Shown here in pieces: positions 45,721-56,887 of a DNA stretch of 64,000 nt. This stretch comes from Dendrobates tinctorius (lineage: Eukaryota): assembly GCF_039654945.1 (NCBI RefSeq), contig NW_027361804.1, forward strand, positions 2,976,001-3,040,000, read 5' to 3'. The notes below the pieces were generated by a model. That model did not search any database. It saw only the letters and a list, made by a program, of their open reading frames with translations, and was not told the DNA's origin. Made by a program: the position numbers and the translations under genes. How positions within the stretch are numbered: position 1 is the first letter of the stretch; every line of letters begins with the position of its first letter.

Positions 45721-48700
45721 TCAGATCGGCGCCCTGCGGCGGCCGAGGCCCGGGTCGGCCCGCTCCGTGTACCTGATTAGATATTCGGGGTAGATCTGAT
45801 GTTTCTCAAACACGACAAATATGGAGGGATTACGCTCTGAGTCCACGCAGCTGTCGTAGAAGGTGGAGGAGGATTTTGAGGGCGGGCGCAGGTAAAGCGA
45901 CGAGCCACGGACGAAGTCACCGACCAGCACCCGGGCCACGAACATGGCGTATTGGGAGTCCACGCTGACGCAGTAACGGTGGGAGTACGCGGCGTCCCGA
46001 GCAAAGTAACTGCCTGCAAGAGAGAACAGGGATGTCATCACCGGGGCTGACAACCTCTGAGGCGTACACAGGCACGCTGTCAGCATGAATGTCCGCCGCT
46101 CCGCGCGGGTCTCTACCTTTCCCATACGACGTCCCATTCGTTCCACAGATTCGCCAGTCGAAGTTCTGCTGGCAGATGGCGTCTGTGAGGCCGCTGCTGG
46201 TGCCATGGAAAACCTGCCGCTCGTCCACCTCTCGGCCGCCGCTCAGCTTCTTCATCTGCTCCTTCTGCCTGTAACACAAGGATCGTCACTGTCCCCACTC
46301 ACGGGCGCGCGTCGGGGGCTCCACTCACACTCACCACTGGTACACCTCCCACAGCGCCGAGTTCTGGATCCGCTCCACGCTCTGGATCTGTTTGTCCGGC
46401 AGCGTGCGGCTGAACATGGCGTCGATCTTCTTATACTCCTCCGAAGACTGTGACAGGCGGACGACCTGCAGAGCGGGCAGAATGTAAGGAGCAATGCAGA
46501 TCTGAGGCACCACAGCACCCCCGGAGGCCTGGAGCACATATCACATCACTGAGACGTCTTCACATTAATTATCTGTGGTCCAGGCCGAAACTCCAAACTA
46601 TCAAAAATCGTCCTACAGGACTACAATCAGCTGACAGGATCCCTATAGACACTGCATCTTATTCTCCAGAGCTGCACTCACTATTCTGCTGTTACATCGT
46701 GTCTTATCCTCCAGTCACCTCCAGAGCTGCACTCACTATTCTGCTGTTACATCGTGTCTTATCCTCCAGTCACCTCCAGAGCTGCACTCACTATTCTGCT
46801 GCTACATCATGTATTATCCTCCAGTCACCTCCAGAGCTGCACTGAATATTCTACTTTTACATCATGTCTTATCCTCCAGAGCTGCAGTCCCTATTCTGCT
46901 GTTTCATCATGTCTTATCCTCCAGTCACCTCCAGAGCTGCACTGAATATTCTGCTTTTACATCATGTCTTATCCTCCAGAGCTGCAGTCCCTATTCTGCT
47001 GTTTCATCATGTCTTATCCTCCAGTCACCTCCAGAGCTGCACTGAATATTCTGCTTTTACATCATGTCTTATCCTCCAGAGCTGCAGTCCCTATTCTGCT
47101 GTTTCATCATGTCTTATCCTCCAGTCACCTCCAGAGCTGCACTGAATATTCTGCTGTTACATCATGTCTTATCCTCCGGTCACCTCCAGAGCTGCACTCA
47201 CTATTCTGCTGTTACATCGTGTCTTATCCTCCAGTCACCTCCAGAGCTGCACTGAATATTCTGCTTTTACATCATGTCTTATCCTCCAGAGCTGCAGTCC
47301 CTATTCTGCTGTTTCATCATGTCTTATCCTCCAGTCACCTCCAGAGCTGCACTGAATATTCTGCTGTTACATCATGTCTTATCCTCCAGTCACCTCCAGA
47401 GCTGCACTCACTATTCTGCTGTTACATCGTGTCTTATCCTCCAGTCACCTCCAGAGCTGCACTGAATATTCTGCTTTTACATCATGTCTTATCCTCCAGA
47501 GCTGCAGTCCCTATTCTGCTGTTACATTGCTGTTACATCGTGTCTTATTCTCCAGAGCTGCGTCCTGTGATCTCCCGCACACAGCAGGGTCCCGGCCGGG
47601 GTCTCCTCACCTTGTAGCCCACCTCGGGCAGCTGCCCCTTGTCCCAGTGCTCCGGGGTGGATTTGTCATTTGCCTTTGTTGGCTCCAACTTCCTATAAAT
47701 ATAATAATCCTCTTGTTAAAGGCGCATCGCTGTGCCCGCAGGTGAAGACACAGGAGCTCGGCTGCACGGCATTGTGGGAGGTGCCATAGAGAAAGCTACA
47801 TTGCTGAGCAGGGGGTGCGGTGTACACTACATCTCCCACAATGCAGTGCAGCAGACTGCAGAGCGATGACGATCAGCCAGGAGGCGCTACTGAGCCCCCA
47901 GAAGTCTACACGCTGCAGATGTCGTCATGGGGGAACCATCCGTCTGCTCCGCTTTTACCTTAGTTTCCTCTTCTTCACGTCCTCGGCCGACACAAACCTC
48001 GGCCTCCGGCACACCGCCCGCGCCGTGCCGTACTGCGTGTTCTTCTGCATCATTTCTAGGAGACAGAATGGAGACCGTCAGTAAGAAGGAAAGAAAGGAA
48101 GACAAGGGGGAAAAACAGGATGGGGAAAGAAGGGGGTGGGGCAACAAATGGAAAAGAGGGAGGAGCAAAAATAGGAGAAAAGGGAAGGGCTAAAATGGGG
48201 AGTGGGAGGGGCAAAGTGTGAGGGAGGAGCAAATAGGAGAAGAGGGAGGGGAAAATCATAGAGCCAATCATAGAGTGCCGCTTCCTCTTTATGGGATGTG
48301 ACTACTGACCCCAGCGGGTCCTACAGCAGCCAGGATCTGATAGGGGTAGACCTCTCCCCTCCCCCACACATTGATGCCCGCTGCACCCACCTCGGAAGCT
48401 CAGCACGTAGCTGTATTTCCCAGCCTTGAACTGAATGTTGGTGTCGGCAGCGGACAGGAAACCATTTTCAAGGTCGTTGCTTGTTATGGTGGACGAGGAC
48501 ATGTGGACGTCAGTCTGGAAGGAAACAGCATGGGTTAGACCCGCAGACGCGGAGTAAGACCCCACCACAGGAAACGCTGTGCTGGATTCTCAAATTGCCG
48601 CAGAAAACACACAGTGGGCAGGGTTTTATTTTTCTCTTTAACCCCTTTCTGACATTGGGCATAATAGTACGCCAGTGTCTGCCTCCCTCCCTCCGATGCA

Positions 48701-51700
48701 GGCTCCGGCGGTGAGCACACATCTTTCCTGGCACATGTTAGCTGTTTTGAACAGATATGTGCCCACAATAGTCGCGGGTGGAATGGCAATCCACCCGCGG
48801 CTATTAATTAAATGCCGCTGTCAATCGCTGACAGAGGCATTTAAATGGCGCTTACGGCAATCGCGCCGGAAATACGCACACTGGTGATCACCGTCACATG
48901 ATCGCGGGTCACCGGTGTGTTGGCATGATCTCTATGGTTGCCAGTGTGGCTTGCTGTGAGCGCCACCCAGTGGTCGGCGCTCATAGCAAGTCAGTAATGC
49001 AGCTACATAGAGGCGATCTGATCATCACCTCTATGAAGCAGAGACGATCAGGCTATGGCAGCTTCTAGTCTCCCATGCAAAAAGTAAAAAAAAAAAATAT
49101 AAAAGTTCAAATCACCCCCCCACCTTTCGCCCAGTTCAAAATTAAACAATAGAAATAAAATCAAACCTATACATATTTGGCATCGTCGCGTTCAGAATCG
49201 CCCGATCAATAAAAAAAAGGATTAACCTGATCGTTGTAATGACCTGGAGAATCATAATGACAGGTCAGTTTTAGCATTTAGTGAACCTAGCAAAAAAAGC
49301 CTAACAAAAAACCAAGTGTGGGATTGCACTTTTTTTTTGGAATTTCAACGCACTTAGGATTTTCTTTTTCATTTTCTAGTACACGATATGGTAAAATCAA
49401 TGGTGTCGTTCAAAAGTACAACTCGTCCCGCAAAAAACAAGCCCTCACACGGCCATATTGACGGAAAAATAAAAAAAGTTATGGCTCTGGGAAGAAGGGG
49501 AGCAAAAAATGAAAACGCAAAACCAAAAAAAGCTATGGGGGGGGGGGTGTTAAAGGGTTAGAGAATTACTGCTTGCAGAAGCGAGGGACCACAATGGGTA
49601 CGAGGGACCGCAATGGGTACGGCCTGCACGCCTTCATTCACCAACCTCTCCCTAACTTGCTAGGAGACTACTACCATGCCCAATGTTGGCTGTGATATAT
49701 AGATGATATTGTCCTCATACAGTAAGGTGGAGAAAAAGATCTTTTGCAGCAGTTCATGGACCGGCTCAAAGCGAATGAGTACAATATCATTAACTTATAT
49801 AATAAAAGGAAAGTGGAGTTTTTAGACATTCAGCAAAAGTTCAAATTGACCCTTTAAAAATACACATATTTGATATCACTGTGTTCGTAAAAGTCCGATC
49901 AAAATAAAAATGGGTGAAACGTGAAAAATTGCAATACAATAAGAGGCGATCAAAACATTGTGTCTACCCCAAAAATGGCGTCAAAAATGTCAGCTCAAGG
50001 CGCACAAAATAAGTCCTCGTCCAGCCCCAGATCCCGAACGAAAGCGTCACGCGTCTCAGAAGATGACTACACGTCCCAGCCTCACTCCCTAGCAGTGGAG
50101 GCCATCATGCAGGGCGGCACTCACCTCCTTCCCGTACTCCACCCAGGTGCTGTACTCGTCCCTCCAGTACCAGAGCCAGTCCGTGGTGAGGATGAAGTGC
50201 GGAGGTTTGGAGGCCGAGGACGGCGTGGACAGACGCTTCACCTGGCACGACTGATGGGTCATAGTGTCGAAGTTCAGGGGAGGTTTTCTAGGAGAGACGG
50301 GCCGGCAGGTAAGTCTCGATGACGCCGCGGGGGAGGGGAGGTCTCCGACGTCCCGTACCTGGTGTTGGGGTCGCAGTACGCCTGCTCGATGGCCTCCATG
50401 TTTTTCAAGTCCTTCCAGGCACCGTTCACACAGATCTGCCACCGATAAGGAAGCTGGTAGTGATCCCGCACGCAGCGCTCTGCAATAAGAGAGCGGTATA
50501 ACAGAGCGCCCCGCGTGCGGTGCAGGGGGTGAGCGGTCACGGGGGTCTCTTACCTTTGAAGCCACAGTTGTTTAATAAGAAGTACAGGCAGATCTCATCG
50601 ATGGGTTGGGGGGCCGCAGACTTCTGGGCGCCGGGTTTATCTGGGGAGTAGGGAGTTGATTACTATGGTCTGGACGATGGACCATAACCGCAGAGCTGAC
50701 AATCAAATGAGACCCTCTAGGCCAATCACAAAGCAGCAGCCTCTGAGTGCTCGTGGGGGGTCCACAGCCGTGTGATTGGCCGGGATAGGCGGCCGCTCGC
50801 CCTCGTACCTTTGGCCGCTGGAGACCTGGGTTCTGGTGGTGGCGCAGCGGAGCTGCCGTTCTTTATGGCGCTGGCGTTTAAGTAGATCTCCAGGATGGAG
50901 GGGACGAGGCTGGCGGCCAGACCCCACTTCAGCAGCTTCCGCTTCGTCTCCTCCGACGTCAGGTCATGTGACCTCTTGCATTCGCTCCCGAACCTGCAGT
51001 CGCCCTGCAGGAGGTGCTGGCAGACGTGCAGCTTGTTGCAGCTGGTTTGAAAGGTGCAGGAGCCGTACGGACCCTCGCCGCGGTTATAATGCGAGCAGAC
51101 CTGTGACGGGAGAGGCGCCACACACAGGTATATCACCGACATACGCCACAGCGCGGAGAAAAGAGGAAGCCCAGACTACAACACTACAGCTCTGTGAAAG
51201 CAGGACTAGGTCAGAGCCAGAGTCCATTCACTGGCAGCAAGCAGAGAAGGTGAAAACCCTTCCAGCCACATGGACGGCTCATGGTGTGCTGCTGTTAACC
51301 GTTTAACTACTGCAGGCAATCACTGTGGGGCGCTGCTGTTAACCCTTTAACTGCTGCAGGTAATTAAGGTGACCCATCACCCCCTGCCCCAATTAAGTCC
51401 CTCACTGCCGCCATCTTCATGCTCCCAAGAAACCTGGGATCAAACATTCACGTCAACCCAAAACAAGTCGTTTTCACCGCACAGCGCCCAGTGGTGGCGG
51501 CCATGATAGTACTCACGTCCGGCAGCAGGCAGGGGTCGTTCTGCAGCAGGAGGTGTCGCAGCTCCAGGATGCCCACGCCGTGCAGGTGATGCTTCTGCAG
51601 GATTTGCGCCGTCTGTTCGCTGTCAATGGAGTGACTGAACTTACAACGTGGCCTGGAATGGAAGAGAGGGGTCAGTGGTGGCGCCGCCGGATTATCAGAT

Positions 51701-52010
51701 GCTCCAGATTATCGGACTCCTCTCACCTGCTGCAGCCGCCTAAGATGAAGAAGCGGCAGATGTGGAGATGGCCGCAGTTTCCAGGACATTCCTGGTTGCG
51801 GCTGGCGCAGAGTCTCAGAGAGCTGCTGTACACCGCCACCCGCCCTCCGTCCCGGCTCTGGATCACCAGACTCCGCCCCTCCTCCACCTCCAGGAGCCGC
51901 GACATCTGATCGGGGCTCAACTTGAGGGTCCGGCCCAAGCGGCCGAGCTTCATACTGCCCCCGCTGGAGCACAATGCCTGGCACAGCTTTAGGGAGAGGG
52001 GGTCTGCCAT
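45721..52010 (-). CDS. PARP12: Protein mono-ADP-ribosyltransferase PARP12 (CCCH zinc fingers, WWE, ART domain), 12 coding exons, 653 aa
   Basis: Exons 52010-51727, 51652-51517, 51100-50809, 50640-50554, 50479-50359, 50287-50125, 48514-48391, 48055-47959, 47692-47611, 46465-46335, 46268-46117, 46013-45721. GT-AG, phases consistent, total 1962 nt. Motifs LQNDPCLLPDVCSHYNRGEGPYGSC..KLHVC..GDCRFG..CKRSH, LPYRWQ, PPHFILTTDWLWYW, FHGTS, NFDWRICG, YGKGSYFARDAAYSH, PSIFVVFEKHQIYPEY. Syntenic with TBXAS1. Confidence 0.95.
46654..47560. repeat. 55/45-bp minisatellite, reverse complement of the 4132-5050 family
   Basis: (CCTCCAGTCACCTCCAGAGCTGCACTCACTATTCTGCTGTTACATCGTGTCTTAT)n with alternating 55+45 dimers. 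Confidence 0.94.
48638..49560. mobile_element. Non-autonomous TTAA-type (piggyBac-like) DNA element
   Basis: Starts TTAACCCCTT and ends AAAGGGTTA; internal palindromes; no ORF. Confidence 0.6.
49561..49835 (+). mobile_element. Penelope-like RT fragment
   Basis: Remnant motifs RGTAMGTACTPSFTNL, YIDDI, VEFLDI. Confidence 0.65.
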
Positions 52011-52129
52011 GGTGGGGTCCTGAAAGGTTACCAGGTGCCCGCACCAGAGACACTCACAAGGCACCCTCCTCCGACTGTCTGCCCCCGACCTGTACTATGG
52101 GGACTCCTGATAGGACTCCGGAGCCGCAG

Positions 52130-52975
52130 ACCCCTGACCTGCAATGTGCGGCCCCTGATGAAACCCTGGCACTGCGGACCCCCCGACCTGCAATGTGCGG
52201 CCCCTGATAAAACCCTGGCACTGAGGACCCCTGACCTGCAATGTGCGGCCCCTGATAAAACCCTGGCACTGCGGACCCCTGACCTGCAATGTGCGGCCCC
52301 TGATAAAACCCTGGCACTGAGGACCCCTGACCTGCAATGTGCGGCCCTTGATAAAACCCTGGCACTGAGGACCCCTGACCTGCAATGTGCGGCCCCTGAT
52401 GAAACCCTGGCACTGCGGACCCCTGACCTGCAATGTGCGGCCCCTGATAAAACCCTGGCACTGAGGACCCCTGACCTGCAATGTGCGGCCCTTGATAAAA
52501 CCCTGGCACTGAGGACCCCTGACCTGCAATGTGCGGCCCCTGATAAAACCCTGGCACTGAGGACCCCTGACCTGCAATGTGCGGCCCCTGATAAAACCCT
52601 GGCACTGAGGACCCCTGACCTGCAATGTGCGGCCCCTGATAAAACCCTGGCACTGAGGACCCCAGACCTGCAATGTGCGGCCCCTATAAAACCCTGGCAC
52701 TGAGGACCCCTGACCTGCAATGTGCGGCCCCTATAAAACCCTGGCACTGCGGACCCCCGACCTGCAATGTGCGGCCCCTATAAAACCCTGGCACTGCGGA
52801 CCCCCGACCTGCAATGTGCAGCCCCTATAAAACCCTGGCACTGCGGACCCCCGACCTGCAATGTGCGGCCCCTATAAAACCCTGGCACTGAGGACCCCTG
52901 ACCTGCAATGTGCGGCCCCTATAAAACCCTGGCACTGCGGACCCCTGACCTGCAATGTGCGGCCCCTATAAAACC
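52130..52975. repeat. 47-48-bp minisatellite (GACCCCTGACCTGCAATGTGCGGCCCCTGATAAAACCCTGGCACTGAG)n in the PARP12 5'UTR intron
   Basis: Direct tandem repetition between the acceptor at 52020 and the donor at 53169 (- strand). Confidence 0.95.
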
Positions 52976-53169
52976 AGGGACCCCAACCTATACTATACGC
53001 CCCCCGACAGGACCAGGGATCGCAGACCCCCGCCCTGACAGGCCTGTGGCCCCCGCTCTCCACACCCGGCTCTATGACTGACACCGGGACCCTAAATTGT
53101 CTTCTGTGATAAAAAATCACCCCAGAATCTGAAAATCCAGATCCCGAGACCCCAATAGCTAAAACTCAC

Positions 53170-53490
53170 CCCCCCACCCTAATCCTTCCAGTCCGACCCC
53201 TCACTCCAATAATCCGGCACTCCGGACCGTGGAATCCTCCCTGACCTGAGGCTGCGCTATCAGCACGATCGGCAGATGCAGCGGCTCCTGCTGTGGCCCC
53301 CGGCGTCTGTGGCCCCGGAGCCGCTCCCTCCAGCATCCGAGGACAGAGAAATCTGGAGAAACGAAACCGAAACTTCCGAGAAACCCTGGGCTGCCCCGGC
53401 CGGACACCACTGCGCATGCGTTACACACAGGCGCGGCCCCGGCCGGACACCACTGCGCGTGCGTTACACACAGGCGCGGCCCCGACTACA
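53170..53490 (-). promoter_or_regulatory. PARP12 promoter / non-coding exon 1 with ISRE-GAS composite and duplicated NRF1-like sites
   Basis: GTGAGT donor at 53169 (-). GAAACGAAACCGAAACT at 53358-53374 overlaps TTCCGAGAA at 53374-53382. TGCGCATGCG at 53411-53420 sits within a 43-bp duplication. CpG-rich. Confidence 0.75.
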
Positions 53491-53547
53491 GGTCATGTGC
53501 GCACGAAACCCCTTGTGTGCTGGAGCCGACAGTGCTGATTTCTCCAG

Positions 53548-56500
53548 TCACAGGGGCCCATAATCTCCCCAACCTCATGGGCCCATAATCTCCCCAACCA
53601 CTGGGGCCCATAATCTCCCCAACCACAGGGGCCCATAATATCCCCAACCACAGGGGCCCCATAATCTCCCCAACCTCATGGGCCCATAATCTCCCCAACC
53701 ACAGGGGCCCATAATCTCCCCAACCACAGGGGCCCATAATATCCCCAACCACATGGGCCCATAATATCGCCAACCACAGGGGCCCATAATCTCCCCAACC
53801 ACAGGGGCCCATAATCTCCCCAACCACAGGGGCCCATAATATCGCCAACCACAGGGGCCCATAATCTCCCCAACCACAGGGGTCAATAATCTCCCCAACC
53901 ACATGGGCCCATAATATCCTCAACCACAGGGGCCCATAATCTCCCCAACCACAGGGGCCCATAATCTCCCCAACCACAGGGGCCCATAATCTCCCCAACC
54001 ACAGGGGCCCATAATATCCCCAACCACAGGGGTCAATAATCTCCCCAACCACAGGGGCACATAATATCCCCAACCACAGGGACCCCATAATCTCCCCAAC
54101 CACAGGGGTCAATAATATCCCCAACCACAGGGGCCCATAATATCGCCAACCACAGGGACCCCATAATCTCCCCAACCACAGGGGCCCATAATATCCCCAA
54201 CCACAGGGGTCAATAATCTCCCCAACCACAGGGGCACATAATCTCCCCAACCACAGGGGCCCATAATATCCCCAACCACAGGGGCCCATAATATCGCCAA
54301 CCACAGGGGCCCATAATCTCCCCAACCACAGGGGCCCATAATATCGCCAACCACAGGGGCCCATAATCTCCCCAACCACAGGGGCCCATAATATCCCCAA
54401 CCACAGGGGTCAATAATCTCCCCAACCACAGGGGCACATAATATCCCCAACCACAGGGACCCCATAATCTCCCCAACCACAGGGGCCCATAATCTCCCCA
54501 ACCACAGGGGCCCATAATATCGCCAACCACAGGGACCCCATAATCTCCCCAACCACAGGGGTCAATAATATCCCCAACCACAGGGGCCCATAATATCCCC
54601 AACCACAGGGGCCCATAATATCCCCAACCACAGGGGCCCATAATATCCCCAACCACATGAGCCCCATAATCTCCCCAACCACAGGGGTCTGTTATGAACG
54701 GGTCGCTGAGGAGGAAATAAAAAACAACACAAGCTAAGTCTCAGAAAACCAAAGAAGTTGGTAACTATGCAGACTGCAAACCCCTGATCCTAACACGCAA
54801 CTAGCAGCAGTTGTGGAGCGTTCCTACGGTGGTCCTAGACGCCTCGTCACAACCGGAGAGCTAAATAAGCCTAAAGCAGGAAAAGAGGAAAACTAACTGC
54901 CCCAGAGCAGACCCCAAAGGAGAGACAGCCCCCCACATGTATTGACAGTGAAACAAGATGAAAACACAAACAAAGGCAGGAAAATAGGCTGAGCAAACGA
55001 TGGGGCCAGACTAACTAGAAAGGATAGGAAAGGAAAGATACTGTCTGCAATCTGCCAAAAAACCCTACAAAATGTCCAACACAACTGATAGCAAAACTAA
55101 CCCTGAAGTCACTAGACTTCTCCAACTATATCAGCACTTTGAAATATTCTGAGACAGAGCAAAAAGAGACCAAACTAATAAGGGACAAAAAAAAGGCAAT
55201 TTGGCAAATAAGAGTGGAAATTCAGCACAGCCCAGCCGGGCTGGCTGACCACACGAAAAACTGAAAAGACCAACAAGAGCAAGTGTGAACATCAGCAAAA
55301 AACAAAATTATCTTGAGAAGACTGGAACAGAGCTGAGTCCTAGACCTGAGAAGCAGACTGAATCACCAGAACCAGGATAGGGCGTCGGCTTTCTTATATC
55401 CAGTCTGATACTCCAGAGATCCAATCATTATCTTCCTCACCAGGTGGCAGATCACTACCACTTAAACCAACCTCACTACCTCCTGTCACCACCAGAGGGA
55501 GAACGGAAGGGGAACTCTCAACTGGTGGAGCAGAAAATGAGCTCATAACAGGGGTCCATAATATCCCCAACCACAGGGGCCCATAATATCCCCAACCACA
55601 GGGGCCCCATAATATCCCCAACCACAGGGGCCCCATAATCTCCCCAACCACAGGGGCCCCATTATCTCCCCAACCACAGGGGTCCCATAATATCCCCAAC
55701 CACAGGGACCCCATAATATCCCCAACCACCAGGGTCCAAAATATCCCCAACCACAGGGGCCCATAATATCGCCAACCACAGGGGCCCATAATCTCCCCAA
55801 CCACAGGGGCCCCATAATCTCCCCAACCACATAGGCCCCATAATATCCCCAACCACAGGGGCCCATAATATCACCAACCACAGGGGCCCATAATCTCCCC
55901 AACCACAAGGGCCCCATAATCTCCCCAATCACATGGGCCCCATAATCTCCCAAACCACAGGGGCCCATAATATCGCCAACCACAAGGGCCCCATAATCTC
56001 CCCAATCACATGGGCCCCATAATCTCCCAAACCACAGGGGCCCATAATATCGCCAACCACAGGGGCCCATAACCTCCCCAACCACAGGGGCCCCATAATC
56101 TCCCATAATCTCCCCAACCACAGGGGCCCATAATCTCCCCACCCACAGGGGCCCATAATATCCCCAACCACAGGGGCCCCATAATATCCCCAACCACAGG
56201 GGCCCATAATATCCCCAACCACAGGGGCACATAATATCCCCATCCACCAGGGTCCATAATATCCCCACCCACAGGGGCCCCATAATATCCCCACCCACAG
56301 GGGCCCCATAATATCCCCAACCACAGGGGCCCCATAATCTCCCCAACCACAGGGACCCCATAATATCCCTAACCACAGGGACCCCATAATATCCCTAACC
56401 ACAGGGGCCCCATAATACCCCCAACCACAGGGGCCCCATAATATCCCCAACCACAGGGGCCCCATAATCTCCCCAACCACAGGGGCCCCATAATCTCCCC

Positions 56501-56708
56501 AACCACAGGGACCCCATAATACCCCCAACCACAGGGCCCCCATAATATCCCCAACCACAGGGGCCCTATAATATCCCCATCCACAGGGGCCCCATAATAT
56601 CCCCTTCCACAGGGCCCCCATAATTCCCCAACCACAGAGGCCCCATAATATCCCCAACCACAGGGACCCCATAATGTCCCCAACCACAGGGGCCCATAAT
56701 ATCTCCAA
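53548..56708. repeat. 25-26-bp minisatellite (CCATAATCTCCCCAACCACAGGGGC)n, split by a solo LTR
   Basis: Direct tandem repetition. Confidence 0.96.
54690..55550. mobile_element. Solo LTR-like insertion (861 bp)
   Basis: Perfect 8-bp inverted termini TGTTATGA...TCATAACA; GGGGTC duplicated on both sides. Confidence 0.8.
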
Positions 56709-56887
56709 CTAAAGGAGAGGCTCATAACTGCACATGCAGATTAACCCCTTATTTCCTCGTTATCAGGTTGAGGGTCTCTTCTCTTCCACAGGATGCGGTG
56801 AGGGTTCTGACTTCATTACGATTCTTTTATGTCTCGGAGCAAAACCATTCACAACGAAGAACACATGACCTGTTCGTAGAGAGGAGT

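Noticed and set aside
45721-52010. ZC3HAV1/ZAP (PARP13) identity suggested by the MADP start
   Set aside because: Intact H-Y-I catalytic residues, short ZnF-WWE linker, no C-terminal CaaX, and adjacency to TBXAS1 all favour PARP12.
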